The notes under the pieces were generated by a model that was not told where the DNA came from, did no database searches, and saw only the letters and a program-made list of their open reading frames with translations. A program made the translations under genes and the position numbers. A stretch of DNA of 64,000 nt from Eledone cirrhosa (lineage: Eukaryota), in the NCBI GenBank assembly GCA_964016885.1, contig OZ024740.1, positions 420,236,001 through 420,300,000 on the forward strand, written 5' to 3'. Positions 12,901 to 27,500 of this stretch are shown one piece after another. The first letter of the stretch is position 1. Every line of letters starts with the position of its first letter.

Positions 12901-15900
12901 GTGACAGTCTACATATGTGGTGGGAAAGAGGTAGAGTTGGAGGTGAGAGTCTACATATGTGGTGGGAAAGAGGTAGAGTTGGAGGTGATAGTCTACATAT
13001 GTGGTGGGAATGATGTACAGTTGGAGGTGACAATCTACATACGTGGGGGGCATGATGTAGAGTTGGAGGTGAGAAACTACATATGTGGTGGGAATGATGT
13101 AGAGTTGGAGGTGACAGTCTACATATGTGGTGGGAAAGAGGTAGAGTTGGGGGATGACAGTCTACATATGTGGTGGGAATGATGTACTGTTGGAGGTGAC
13201 ACTCTACATATGTGGTGGGAATAATGTAGAGTTGGAGGTGACAGTCTACATATGTGGTGGGAATGATGTAGAGTTGGAGGTGAAAGTCTATATATGTGGA
13301 GGGAATGATGTACAGTTGGATGTGACAGTCTACATATGTGGTGGGAATGATGTAGAGTTGGAGGTGACAGTCTACAAATTAGGTGGGAATGATGTAGAGT
13401 TGGAAGTAACAGTCTACATATGTGGTGGGAATGATGTACAGTTGGATGTGACAGTCTACATATGAGGTGGGAATGATGTACAGTTGGAGGTGACAGTCTA
13501 CATATGTAGTGGGAATGATGTACAGTTAGAGGTGACATTCTACATATGTGGTGGGAATGATGTAGAGTTGGAGGTGACAATCTACATATGTGGTGGGAAT
13601 TATGTAGAGTTGGAGGTGACAATCTACATATGTGGTGGGAATGATGTAGAGTTGGAGGTGACAGTCTATATATGTGGTGGGAATGATGTAGAGTTGGAGG
13701 TGACAGTCTACATATGTGGTGGGTATGATGTAGATTTGGAGATGACAGTCTACATATGTGGTGGGAATGATGTAGAGTTGGAGGTGATAGTCTACATATG
13801 TGGGTGGGAAAGAGGTAGAGTTGGAGGTGACAGTCTACATATGTGGTGGGAATGATGTAGAGTTGGAGGTGACAGTCTACATATGTGGTGGGAATGATGT
13901 ACAGTTGATGGTGACACTCTACATATGTGGTGGGAAAGAGCTAGAGTTGGAGGTGACAGTCTACATATGTGGTGGGAATGATGTAGAGTTGGAGGTGACA
14001 GTCTACATATGTGGTGGGATTGATGGAGAGTTGGAGGTGACAATCTACATATGTGGTGGGAATGATGTACTGTTGGAGGTGACAGTCTAAATATGTGGTG
14101 GGAATGATGTAGAGTTGGAGGTGACAGTCTACATATGCGGTGGGAATGATGTTGAGTTGGAGGTGAAAGTCTATATATGTGGTGGGAATGATGTACAGTT
14201 GGAGGTGCCAATCTACATGTGTGGTGGGAAGCATGTAGAGTTGGAGGTGACAGTCTACATATGTGGTCGGAAAGAGGTACAGTTGGAGGTGACAGTCTAC
14301 ATATGTGGTGGGAATGATGTAGATTTGGAGGTGACAGTCTACATATGTGGTGGGAATGATGTACAGTTGGAGATGACAGTCTACATAGGTGGTGGTAATG
14401 ATGTACAGTTGGAGGTGACAGTCTACATATGTGGTGGGAATGATGTAGATTTGGAGATGACAGTCTACATATGTGGTGGGAATGGTGTAGAGTTGGAGGT
14501 GACAGTCTACATATGTGGCAAGAATGATGTAGAGTTGGAGGTGACAGTCTACATATGTGGTGGGAATGATGTAGAGTTGGAGGTGACAGTTACATATGTC
14601 TTGGGAATGATGTAGAGTTGGAGGTGACAGTCTACATATGTGGTGGGAAAGAGGTAGAGTTGGAGGTGACAGTCTACATATGTGGTGGGAATGATGTACA
14701 GTTGGAGGTGACAGTCTACATATGTGGTGGGAATGATGTTGAGATGGGTGTGACAATCTACATTTGTGGTGGGAAAGAGTTAGAGTTGGAGGTGAAAGTC
14801 TACATATGTGGTGAGAAAGAGGTAGAGTTGGAGGTGACAGTCTCATATGTGGTGGGAATTGGTAGAGTTGGAGGTGACAGTCTACATATGTGGTGGGAAT
14901 GATGTAGAGTTGGTGGTGACAGTCTACATATGTGGTGGGAAAGAGGTGGAGTTGGTGGTGACAGTCTACATATGTGGTGGGAAAGAGGTAGTGTTGGACG
15001 TGACAGTCTACATATGTGGTGGGAATGATGTAGAGTTGGGTGTGACAATTTACATATGTGGTGGGAAAGAGGTAGAGTTGGAGGTGACAGTCTACATATG
15101 TGGTGGGAATTATGTAGAGTTGGAGGTGACAGTCTACTTATGTGGTGGGAATGATGTATAGTTAGAGGTGACAGTCTACATATGTGGTGGGAATGATGTA
15201 GAGTTGGAGGTGACAATCTACATATGTGGTGGGAATGATGTATTGTTGGAGGTGACAATCTACATATGTGGTGGGAAGGATGTAGAGTTGGAGGTGACAG
15301 TCTACATATGTGGTGAGAAAGAGGTAGCGTTGGAGATAACAGTCTACATATGTGGTGGGAATGATGTAGAGTTGGAGGTGACAGTCTACATATGTCTTGG
15401 GAATGATGCAGAGTTGCAGGTAACAGTCTACATATGTGGTGGGAATGATGTACAGTTTGAGGTGACAGTCTATATATGTGGTGGAAATGATGTAGAGTTT
15501 GAGGTGACAGTCTACATATGTGGTGGGAATGATGTAGAGTTGATGGTGACACTCTACATATGTGGTGGGAAAGAGCTAGAGTTGGAGGTGACAGTCTACA
15601 TATTGGGTGGGAAAGAGGTAGAGTTGGAGGTGACAGTCTACATATGTGGTGGGAATGATGTAGAGTTGGAGGTGACAGTCTACATATGTGGTGGGATTGA
15701 TGGAGAGTTGGAGGTGACAATCTACATATGTGGTGGGAATGATGTACTGTTGGAGGTGACAGTCTAAATATGTGGTGGGAATGATGTAGAGTTGGAGGTG
15801 ACAGTCTACATATGTGGTGGGAATGATGTTGAGTTGGAGGTGAAAGTCTATATATGTGGTGGGAATGATGTACAGTTGGAGGTGCCAATCTACATGTGTG

Positions 15901-18900
15901 GTGGGAAGGATGTAGAGTTGGAGGTGACAGTCTACATATGTGGTCGGAAAGAGGTACAGTTGGAGGTGACAGTCTACATATGTGGAGGGAATGATGTAGA
16001 GTTGGAGGTGACAGTCTACATATGTGGTGGGAATGATGTACAGTTGGAGATGACAGTCTATATATGTGGTGGGAATGATGTACAGTTGGAGGTGACAGTC
16101 TACATAGGTGGTGGTAATGATGTACAGTTGGAGGTGACAGTCTACATATGTGGTGGGAATGATGTAGATTTGGAGATGACAGTCTACATATGTGGTGGGA
16201 ATGGTGTAGAGTTGGAGGTGACAGTCTACATATGTGGCAAGAATGATGTAGAGTTGGAGGTGACAGTCTACATATGTGGTGGGAATGATGTAGAGTTGGA
16301 GGTGACAGTTACATATGTCTTGGGAATGATGTAGAGTTGGAGGTGACAGTCTACATATGTGGTGGGAAAGAGGTAGAGTTGGAGGTGACAGTCTACATAT
16401 GTGGTGGGAATGATGTACAGTTGGAGGTGACAGTCTACATATGTGGTGGGAATGATATAGAGTTGGAGGTGAGTCTACATATGTGGTGGGAATGATGTAG
16501 AGTTGGAGGTGATAGTCTACATATGTAGGTGGGAAAGAGGTAGAGTTGGAGGTGACAGTCTACATATGTGGTGGGAATGCTGTAGAGTTGGTGGTGACAT
16601 TCTACATATGTGGTGGGAACTATGTAGAGTTGGAGGTGACAGTCTACATATGTGGTGGGAAAGAGGTAGAGTTGGAGGTGAGAGTCTACATATGTGGTGG
16701 GAAAGAGGTAGAGTTGGAGGTGATAGTCTACATATGTGGTGGGAATGATGTACAGTTGGAGGTGACAATCTACATACGTGGGGGGCATGATGTAGAGTTG
16801 GAGGTGAGAAACTACATATGTGGTGGGAATGATGTAGAGTTGGAGGTGACAGTCTACATATGTGGTGGGAAAGAGGTAGAGTTGGGGGATGACAGTCTAC
16901 ATATGTGGTGGGAATGATGTACTGTTGGAGGTGACACTCTACATATGTGGTGGGAATAATGTAGAGTTGGAGGTGACAGTCTACATATGTGGTGGGAATG
17001 ATGTAGAGTTGGAGGTGAAAGTCTATATATGTGGAGGGAATGATGTACAGTTGGATGTGACAGTCTACATATGTGGTGGGAATGATGTAGAGTTGGAGGT
17101 GACAGTCTACAAATTAGGTGGGAATGATGTAGAGTTGGAAGTAACAGTCTACATATGTGGTGGGAATGATGTACAGTTGGATGTGACAGTCTACATATGA
17201 GGTGGGAATGATGTACAGTTGGAGGTGACAGTCTACATATGTAGTGGGAATGATGTACAGTTAGAGGTGACATTCTACATATGTGGTGGGAATGATGTAG
17301 AGTTGGAGGTGACAATCTACATATGTGGTGGGAATTATGTAGAGTTGGAGGTGACAATCTACATATGTGGTGGGAATGATGTAGAGTTGGAGGTGACAGT
17401 CTATATATGTGGTGGGAATGATGTAGAGTTGGAGGTGACAGTCTACATATGTGGTGGGTATGATGTAGATTTGGAGATGACAGTCTACATATGTGGTGGG
17501 AATGATGTAGAGTTGGAGGTGATAGTCTACATATGTGGGTGGGAAAGAGGTAGAGTTGGAGGTGACAGTCTACATATGTGGTGGGAATGATGTAGAGTTG
17601 GAGGTGACAGTCTACATATGTGGTGGGAATGATGTACAGTTGATGGTGACACTCTACATATGTGGTGGGAAAGAGCTAGAGTTGGAGGTGACAGTCTACA
17701 TATGTGGTGGGAATGATGTAGAGTTGGAGGTGACAGTCTACATATGTGGTGGGATTGATGGAGAGTTGGAGGTGACAATCTACATATGTGGTGGGAATGA
17801 TGTACTGTTGGAGGTGACAGTCTAAATATGTGGTGGGAATGATGTAGAGTTGGAGGTGACAGTCTACATATGCGGTGGGAATGATGTTGAGTTGGAGGTG
17901 AAAGTCTATATATGTGGTGGGAATGATGTACAGTTGGAGGTGCCAATCTACATGTGTGGTGGGAAGCATGTAGAGTTGGAGGTGACAGTCTACATATGTG
18001 GTCGGAAAGAGGTACAGTTGGAGGTGACAGTCTACATATGTGGTGGGAATGATGTAGATTTGGAGGTGACAGTCTACATATGTGGTGGGAATGATGTACA
18101 GTTGGAGATGACAGTCTACATAGGTGGTGGTAATGATGTACAGTTGGAGGTGACAGTCTACATATGTGGTGGGAATGATGTAGATTTGGAGATGACAGTC
18201 TACATATGTGGTGGGAATGGTGTAGAGTTGGAGGTGACAGTCTACATATGTGGCAAGAATGATGTAGAGTTGGAGGTGACAGTCTACATATGTGGTGGGA
18301 ATGATGTAGAGTTGGAGGTGACAGTTACATATGTCTTGGGAATGATGTAGAGTTGGAGGTGACAGTCTACATATGTGGTGGGAAAGAGGTAGAGTTGGAG
18401 GTGACAGTCTACATATGTGGTGGGAATGATGTACAGTTGGAGGTGACAGTCTACATATGTGGTGGGAATGATGTTGAGATGGGTGTGACAATCTACATTT
18501 GTGGTGGGAAAGAGTTAGAGTTGGAGGTGAAAGTCTACATATGTGGTGAGAAAGAGGTAGAGTTGGAGGTGACAGTCTCATATGTGGTGGGAATTGGTAG
18601 AGTTGGAGGTGACAGTCTACATATGTGGTGGGAATGATGTAGAGTTGGTGGTGACAGTCTACATATGTGGTGGGAAAGAGGTGGAGTTGGTGGTGACAGT
18701 CTACATATGTGGTGGGAAAGAGGTAGTGTTGGACGTGACAGTCTACATATGTGGTGGGAATGATGTAGAGTTGGGTGTGACAATTTACATATGTGGTGGG
18801 AAAGAGGTAGAGTTGGAGGTGACAGTCTACATATGTGGTGGGAATTATGTAGAGTTGGAGGTGACAGTCTACTTATGTGGTGGGAATGATGTATAGTTAG

Positions 18901-18950
18901 AGGTGACAGTCTACATATGTGGTGGGAATGATGTAGAGTTGGAGGTGACA
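9910..18950 (+). repeat. 3735-bp higher-order repeat (~89 monomers), about 2.4 tandem copies
   Basis: Identical ORF translations at a constant 3735 offset: 10380/14115/17850, 10206/13941/17676, 11112/14847/18582, 12700/16435, 13484/17219. 89x42-3=3735. Confidence 0.92.
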
Positions 18951-21900
18951 ATCTACATATGTGGTGGGAAGGATGTACAGTTGGAGGTGACAGTCTACAT
19001 ATGTGGTGAGAAAGAGGTAGCGTTGGAGATAACAGTCTACATATGTGGTGGGAATGATGTAGAGTTGGAGGTGACAGTCTACATATGTCTTGGGAATGAT
19101 GCAGAGTTGCAGGTAACAGTCAACATATGTGGTGGGAATGATGTACAGTTGGAGGTGACAGTCTATATATGTGGTGGGAATGATGTAGAGTTGGAGGTGA
19201 CAGTCTACATATGTGGTGGGAATGATGTAGATTTGGAGATGACAGTCTACATATGTGGTGGGAATGATGTAGAGTTGGATGTGACAGTCTACATATGTGG
19301 TGGGAATGATGTAGAGTTGGAGGTGACAGTCTACATATGTGGTGGGAATGATATAGAGTTGGAGGTGAGTCTACATATGTGGTGGGAATGATGTAGAGTT
19401 GGAGGTAACAGTCTACATATGTGGTGGGAATGATGTAGAGTTGGAGGTGACAGTCTACATATGTGGTGGGAATGATGTACAGTTGGAAGTGACAGTCTAC
19501 ATATATGGTGGGAATGATGTACAGTTGGAGGTGACAATCTACATATGTGGTGGGTCTGATGTACAGTTGGAGGTGACAGTCTACATATGTGGTGGGAATG
19601 GTGTAGAGTTGGAGGTGACAGTCTACATATGTGGCAGGAATGATGTAGAGTTGAGGTGACGGTCTACATATGTGGTGGGAATGATGTAGAATTGAAGGGG
19701 ACAGTCTGCATATGTGTTGGGAAAGATGTAGAGTTGGAGGTGACAGTCTACATATGTCTTGGGAATGATGCAGAGTTGCAGGTAACAGTCTACATATGTG
19801 GTGGGAATGATGTACAGTTGGAGGTGACAGTCTATATATATGGTGGAAAAATGTAGAGTTGGAGGTGACAGTCTACATATGTGGTGGGTATGATGTAGAT
19901 TTGGAGATGACAGTCTACATATGTGGTGGGAATGATGTAGAGTTGGATGTGACAGTCTATATATGTTGTGGGAATGATGTAGAGTTGGAGGTGACAGTCT
20001 ACATATGTGGTGGGAATGATGTAGAGTTGGAGGTGAGTCTACATATGTGGTGGGAATGATGTAGAGTTGGAGGTGACAGTCTACATATGTGGTGGGTATG
20101 ATGTAGAGTTGGAGGTGATAGTCTACATATGTAGGTGGGAAAGAGGTAGAGTTGGAGGTGACAGTCTACAAATGTGGTGGGAATGATGTAGAGTTGGAGG
20201 TGACAGTCTACATATGTGGTGGGAAAGAGGTAGAGTTGGAGATGACAGTCTCAATATGTGGTGGGAAAGAGGTAGAGTTGGAGGTGACAGTCTACATATG
20301 TGGTGGGAAAGAGGTAGAGTTGGAGGTGACAGTCTACATATGTGGTGGGAAAGAGGTAGAGTTGGAGGTGACATTCTAAATATGTGGTGGGAATGATGTA
20401 GAGTTGGTGGTGACAGTCTAAATATGTGGTGGGAATGATGTAGAGTTGGTGGTGACAGTTTACATATGTGGTGGGAAAGAGGTAGAGTTGGAGGTGACAA
20501 TCTACATATGTGGTGGGAATGATGTAGAGTTGGTGGTGACAGTCTACATATGTGGTGGGAAAGAGGTAGAGTTGGTGGTGACAGTTTACATATGTGGTGG
20601 GAATGATGTAGAGTTGGAGGTGACAGTCTACATATGTGATGGGAATGATGTAGAGTTGGAGGTGACAGTCTAGATATGTCTTGGGAATGATGCAGAGTTG
20701 CAGGTAACAGTCAACATATGTGGTGGGAATGATGTAGAGTTGGAGGTGATAGTCTACATATGTAGGTGAGAAAGAGGTAGAGTTGGAGGTGACAGTCTAC
20801 ATATGTGGTGGGAATGCTGTAGAGTTGGTGGTGACATTCTACATATGTGGTGGGAACGATGTAGAGTTGGAGGTGACAGTCTACATATGTGGTGGGAATG
20901 ATGTAGAGTTGGAGGTGACAGTCTACATATGTGGTGGGAATTATGTAGAGTTGGAGGTGACAGTCTACATATGTGGTGGGAATGATGTATAGTTGGAGGT
21001 GACATTCTACATATGTGGTGGGAATGATGTAGTGTTGGAGGTGACAATCTACATATGTGGTGGGAAGGATGTAGAGTTGGAGGTGACAGTCTACATATGT
21101 GGTGGGAAAGAGGTAGAGTTGGAGGTAACAGTCTACATATGTGGTGGGAATGATGTAGAGTTGGAGGTGACAGTCTACATATGTGGTGGGAATGATGTAC
21201 AGTTGGAAGTGACAGTCTACATATATGGTGGGAATGATGTACAGTTGGAGGTGACAATCTACATATGTGGTGGGTCTGATGTACAGTTGGAGGTGACAGT
21301 CTACATATGTGGTGGGAATGGTGTAGAGTTGGAGGTGACAGTCTACATATGTGGCAGGAATGATGTAGAGTTGAGGTGACGGTCTACATATGTGGTGGGA
21401 ATGATGTAGAATTGAAGGGGACAGTCTGCATATGTGTTGGGAAAGATGTAAAGTTGGAGGTGACAGTCTACATATGTCTTGGGAATGATGCAGAGTTGCA
21501 GGTAACAGTCTACATATGTGGTGGGAATGATGTACAGTTGGAGGTGACAGTCTATATATGTGGTGGGAAAAATGTAGAGTTGGAGGTGACAGTCTACATA
21601 TGTGGTGGGTATGATGTAGATTTGGAGATGACAGTCTACATATGTGGTGGGAATGATGTAGAGTTGGATGTGACAGTCTACATATGTTGTGGGAATGATG
21701 TAGAGTTGGAGGTGACAGTCTACATATGTGGTGGGAATGATGTAGAGTTGGAGGTGAGTCTACATATGTGGTGGGAATGATGTAGAGTTGGAGGTGACAG
21801 TCTACATATGTGGTGGGTATGATGTAGAGTTGGAGGTGATAGTCTACATATGTAGGTGGGAAAGAGGTAGAGTTGGAGGTGACAGTCTACAAACGTGGTG

Positions 21901-22649
21901 GGAATGATGTAGAGTTGGAGGTGACAGTCTACATATGTGGTGGGAAAGAGGTAGAGTTGGAGATGACAGTCTAAATATGTGGTGGGAAAGAGGTAGAGTT
22001 GGAGGTGACTGTCTACATATGTGGTGGGAAAGAGGTAGAGTTGGAGGTGACAGTCTACATATGTGGTGGGAAAGAGGTAGTGTTGGAGGTGACATTCTAA
22101 ATATGTGGTGGAAATGATGTAGAGTTGGTGGTGACAGTCTAAATATGTGGTGGGAATGATGTAGAGTTGGTGGTGACAGTCTACATATGTGGTGGGAAAG
22201 AGGTAGAGTTGGAGGTGACAATCTACATATGTGGTGGGAATGATGTAGAGTTGGTGGTGACAGTCTACATATGTGGTGGGAAAGAGGTAGAGTTGGTGGT
22301 GACATTTTACATATGTGGTGGGAATGATGTAGAGTTGGAGGTGACAGTCTACATATGTGGTGGGAATGATGTAGAGTTGGAGGTGACAGTCTACATATGT
22401 CTTGGGAATGATGCAGAGTTGCAGGTAACAGTCAACATATGTGGTGGGAATGATGTACAGTTGGAGGTGACAGTCTATATATGTGGTGGGAATGATGTAG
22501 AGTTGGAGGTGACAGTCTACATATGTGGTGGGAATGATGTAGATTTGGAGATGACAGTCTACATATGTGGTGGGAATGATGTAGAGTTGGATGTGACAGT
22601 CTACATATGTGGTGGGAATGATGTAGAGTTGGAGGTGACAGTCTACATA

Positions 22650-24580
22650 TGTGGTGGGAATGATATAGAGTTGGAGGTGAGTCTACATATGTGGTGGGAA
22701 TGATGTAGAGTTGGAGGTGATAGTCTACATATGTAGGTGGGAAAGAGGTAGAGTTGGAGGTGACAGTCTACATATGTGTTGGGAATGCTGTAGAGTTGGT
22801 GGTGACATTCTACATATGTGGTGGGAACGATGTAGAGTTGGAGGTGACAGTCTACATATGTGGTGGGAAAGAGGTAGAGTTGGAGGTGATAGTCTACATA
22901 TGTGGTGCGACTGATGTACAGTTGGAGGTGACAGTCTACATATGTGGTGGGAATGATGTACAGTTGGAGGTGACAATCTACATATGTGGTGGGCATGATG
23001 TAGAGTTGGAGGTGACAAACTACATATGTGGTGGGAATGATGTAGAGTTGGAGGTGACAGTCTACATATGTGGTGGGAATGATGTAGAGTTGGAGGTGAC
23101 AGTCTACAAATTAAGTGGGAAGGATGTAGGGTTGGAAGTGACATTCTACATATGTGGTGGGAATGGTGTACAGTTGAAAGTGACAGTCTACATATGAGGT
23201 GGGAATGATGTACAGTTGGAGGTGACAGTCTACATATGTAGTGGGAATGATGTACATTTGGAGGTGACAGTCTACATATGTGGTGGGAATGATGTAGAGT
23301 TGGAGGTGACAATCTACATATGTGGTGGGAATTATGTAGAGTTGGAGGTGACAATCTACATATGTGGTGGGAATGATGTAGAGTTGGAGGTGACAATCTA
23401 CATATGTGGTGGGAATGATGTAGAGTTGGAGGTGACAATCTACATATGTGGTGGGAAGGATGTAGAGTTGGAGGTGACAGTCTACATATGTGGTGGGAAA
23501 GAGGTACAGTTGGAGGTGACAGTCTACATATGTGGTGGGAATGATGTAGAGTTGGAGGTGACAGTCTACATATGTGCTGGGAATGATGTACAGTTGGAGG
23601 TGACAGTCTACATATGTGGTGGGAATGATATAGAGTTGGAGGTGAGTCTACATATGTGGTGGGAATGATGTAGAGTTGGAGGTGATAGTCTACATATGTA
23701 GGTGGGAAAGAGGTAGAGTTGGAGGTGACAGTCTACATATGTGTTGGGAATGCTGTAGAGTTGGTGGTGACATTCTACATATGTGGTGGGAACGATGTAG
23801 AGTTGGAGGTGACAGTCTACATATGTGGTGGGAAAGAGGTAGAGTTGGAGGTGATAGTCTACATATGTGGTGCGACTGATGTACAGTTGGAGGTGACAGT
23901 CTACATATGTGGTGGGAATGATGTACAGTTGGAGGTGACAATCTACATATGTGGTGGGCATGATGTAGAGTTGGAGGTGACAAACTACATATGTGGTGGG
24001 AATGATGTAGAGTTGGAGGTGACAGTCTACATATGTGGTGGGAATGATGTAGAGTTGGAGGTGACAGTCTACAAATTAAGTGGGAAGGATGTAGGGTTGG
24101 AAGTAACATTCTACATATGTGGTGGGAATGGTGTACAGTTGAAAGTGACAGTCTACATATGAGGTGGGAATGATGTACAGTTGGAGGTGACAGTCTACAT
24201 ATGTAGTGGGAATGATGTACATTTGGAGGTGACAGTCTACATATGTGGTGGGAATGATGTAGAGTTGGAGGTGACAATCTACATATGTGGTGGGAATTAT
24301 GTAGAGTTGGAGGTGACAATCTACATATGTGGTGGGAATGATGTAGAGTTGGAGGTGACAATCTACATATGTGGTGGGAATGATGTAGAGTTGGAGGTGA
24401 CAATCTACATATGTGGTGGGAAGGATGTAGAGTTGGAGGTGACAGTCTACATATGTGGTGGGAAAGAGGTACAGTTGGAGGTGACAGTCTACATATGTGG
24501 TGGGAATGATGTAGAGTTGGAGGTGACAGTCTACATATGTGCTGGGAATGATGTACAGTTGGAGGTGACAGTCTACATAT
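22650..24580 (+). repeat. 965-bp (23-monomer) tandem duplication
   Basis: ORFs 22643/23608, 22711/23676, 22754/23719 and 23216/24181 are offset by 965 (23x42-1). Rare variants GGTGCGACTG and ACAAATTAAGTGG occur twice here but only once in the homologous 7.7-8.7 kb segment. Confidence 0.92.
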
Positions 24581-27500
24581 GTGGTGGGAATGATGTACAG
24601 ATGGAGGTGACAGTCTACATATGTGCTGGGAATGATGTAGAGTTGGAGGTGACAGTCTACATAGGTGGTGGGAATGATGTACAGTTGGAGGTGACAATCT
24701 GCATATGTGGTGGGAATGATGTAGAGTCGGAGGTGACAATCTACATATGTGGTGGGAATGATGTAGAGTTGGAGGTAACAGTCTACATATGTGGTGGGTC
24801 TGATGTACAGTTGGAGGTGACAGTCTACATATGTGTTGGGAATGGTGTAGAGTTGGAGGTGACAGTCTACATATGTGGCAGGAATGATGTAGAGTTGGAG
24901 ATGATAGTTTACATATGTGGCAGGAATGATGTAGAGTTGGTGGTGACAGTCTACATATGTGGTGGGAATTGGTAGAGTTGGAGGTGACAGTCTACATATG
25001 TGGTGGCAATGATGTAGAGTTGGTGGTGACAGTCTACATATGTGGTGGGAAAGAGGTAGAGTTGGTGGTGACAGTCTACATATGTGGTGGGAATGATGTA
25101 GAGTTGGAGGTAACAGTCTACATATGTGGTGGGAAAGAGGTAGTGTTGGAGGTGACAGTCTACATATGTGGTGGGAATGATGTAGAGTTGGGTGTGACAA
25201 TCTACATATGTGGTGGGAAAGAGGTAGAGTTGGAGGTGACAGTCTACATATGTGGTGGGAATGATGTAGAGTTGGATGTGACAGTCTACATATGTGGTGG
25301 GAATTATGTAGAGTTGGAGGTGACAGTCTACATATGTGGTGGGAATGATGTAGAGTTGGAGGTGACAATCTACATATGTGGTGGGAAGGATGTAGAGTTG
25401 GAGGTGACAGTTTACATATGTGGTGGGAAAGAGGTGGAGTTGGAGGTAACAGTCTACATATGTGGTGGGAATGATGTACAGTTGGAGGTGACAGTCTACA
25501 TATATGGTGGGAATGATGTACAGTTGGAGGTGACAGTCTACATACATAGGTGGTGGGAATGATGTACAGTTGGAGGTGACAATCTACATATGTGGTGGGT
25601 CTGATGTACAGTTGGAGGTGACAGTCTACATATGTGGTGGGAATGGTGTAGAGTTGGAGGTGACAGTCTATATATGTGGCAGGAATGATGTAGAGTTGAG
25701 GTGACGGTCTACATATGTGGTGGGAATGATGTAGAATTGAAGGGGACAGTCTACATGTGTTGGGAATGATGTAGAGTTGGAGGTGACAGTCTATATATGT
25801 GGTGGGAATGATGTAGAGTTGGAGGTGACAGTCTATATATGTGGTGGGAATGATGTAGAGTTGGAGGTGACAGTCTACATATGTGGTGGTTATGATGTAG
25901 ATTTGGAGATGACAGTCTACATATGTGGTGGGAATGATGTAGAGTTGGAGGTGATAGTCTACATATGTAGGTGGGAAAGAGGTAGAGTTGGAGGTGACAG
26001 TCTACATATGTGGTGGGAATGATGTAGAGTTGGAGGTGACAGTCTACATATGTGGTGGGAATGATGTACAGTTGATGGTGACACTCTACATATGTGGTGG
26101 GAAAGAGCTAGAGTTGGAGGTGACAGTCTACATATGTGGTGGGAATGATGTAGAGTTGGAGGTGACAGTCTACATATGTGGTGGGATTGATGGAGAGTTG
26201 GAGGTGACAATCTACATATGTGGTGGGAATGATGTACTGTTGGAGGTGACAGTCTAAATATGTGGTGGGAATGATGTAGAGTTGGAGGTGACAGTCTACA
26301 TATGCGGTGGGAATGATGTTGAGTTGGAGGTGAAAGTCTATATATGTGGTGGGAATGATGTACAGTTGGAGGTGCCAATCTACATGTGTGGTGGGAAGCA
26401 TGTAGAGTTGGAGGTGACAGTCTACATATGTGGTCGGAAAGAGGTACAGTTGGAGGTGACAGTCTACATATGTGGTGGGAATGATGTAGATTTGGAGGTG
26501 ACAGTCTACATATGTGGTGGGAATGATGTACAGTTGGAGATGACAGTCTACATAGGTGGTGGTAATGATGTACAGTTGGAGGTGACAGTCTACATATGTG
26601 GTGGGAATGATGTAGATTTGGAGATGACAGTCTACATATGTGGTGGGAATGGTGTAGAGTTGGAGGTGACAGTCTACATATGTGGCAAGAATGATGTAGA
26701 GTTGGAGGTGACAGTCTAGATATGTGGTGGGAATGATGTAGAGTTGGAGGTGACAGTTACATATGTCTTGGGAATGATGTAGAGTTGGAGGTGACAGTCT
26801 ACATATGTGGTGGGAAAGAGGTAGAGTTGGAGGTGACAGTCTACATATGTGGTGGGAATGATGTACAGTTGGAGGTGACAGTCTACATATGTGGTGGGAA
26901 TGATGTTGAGATGGGTGTGACAATCTACATTTGTGGTGGGAAAGAGTTAGAGTTGGAGGTGAAAGTCTACATATGTGGTGAGAAAGAGGTAGAGTTGGAG
27001 GTGACAGTCTCATATGTGGTGGGAATTGGTAGAGTTGGAGGTGACAGTCTACATATGTGGTGGGAATGATGTAGAGTTGGTGGTGACAGTCTACATATGT
27101 GGTGGGAAAGAGGTGGAGTTGGTGGTGACAGTCTACATATGTGGTGGGAAAGAGGTAGTGTTGGACGTGACAGTCTACATATGTGGTGGGAATGATGTAG
27201 AGTTGGGTGTGACAATTTACATATGTGGTGGGAAAGAGGTAGAGTTGGAGGTGACAGTCTACATATGTGGTGGGAATTATGTAGAGTTGGAGGTGACAGT
27301 CTACTTATGTGGTGGGAATGATGTATAGTTAGAGGTGACAGTCTACATATGTGGTGGGAATGATGTAGAGTTGGAGGTGACAATCTACATATGTGGTGGG
27401 AATGATGTATTGTTGGAGGTGACAATCTACATATGTGGTGGGAAGGATGTAGAGTTGGAGGTGACAGTCTACATATGTGGTGAGAAAGAGGTAGCGTTGG

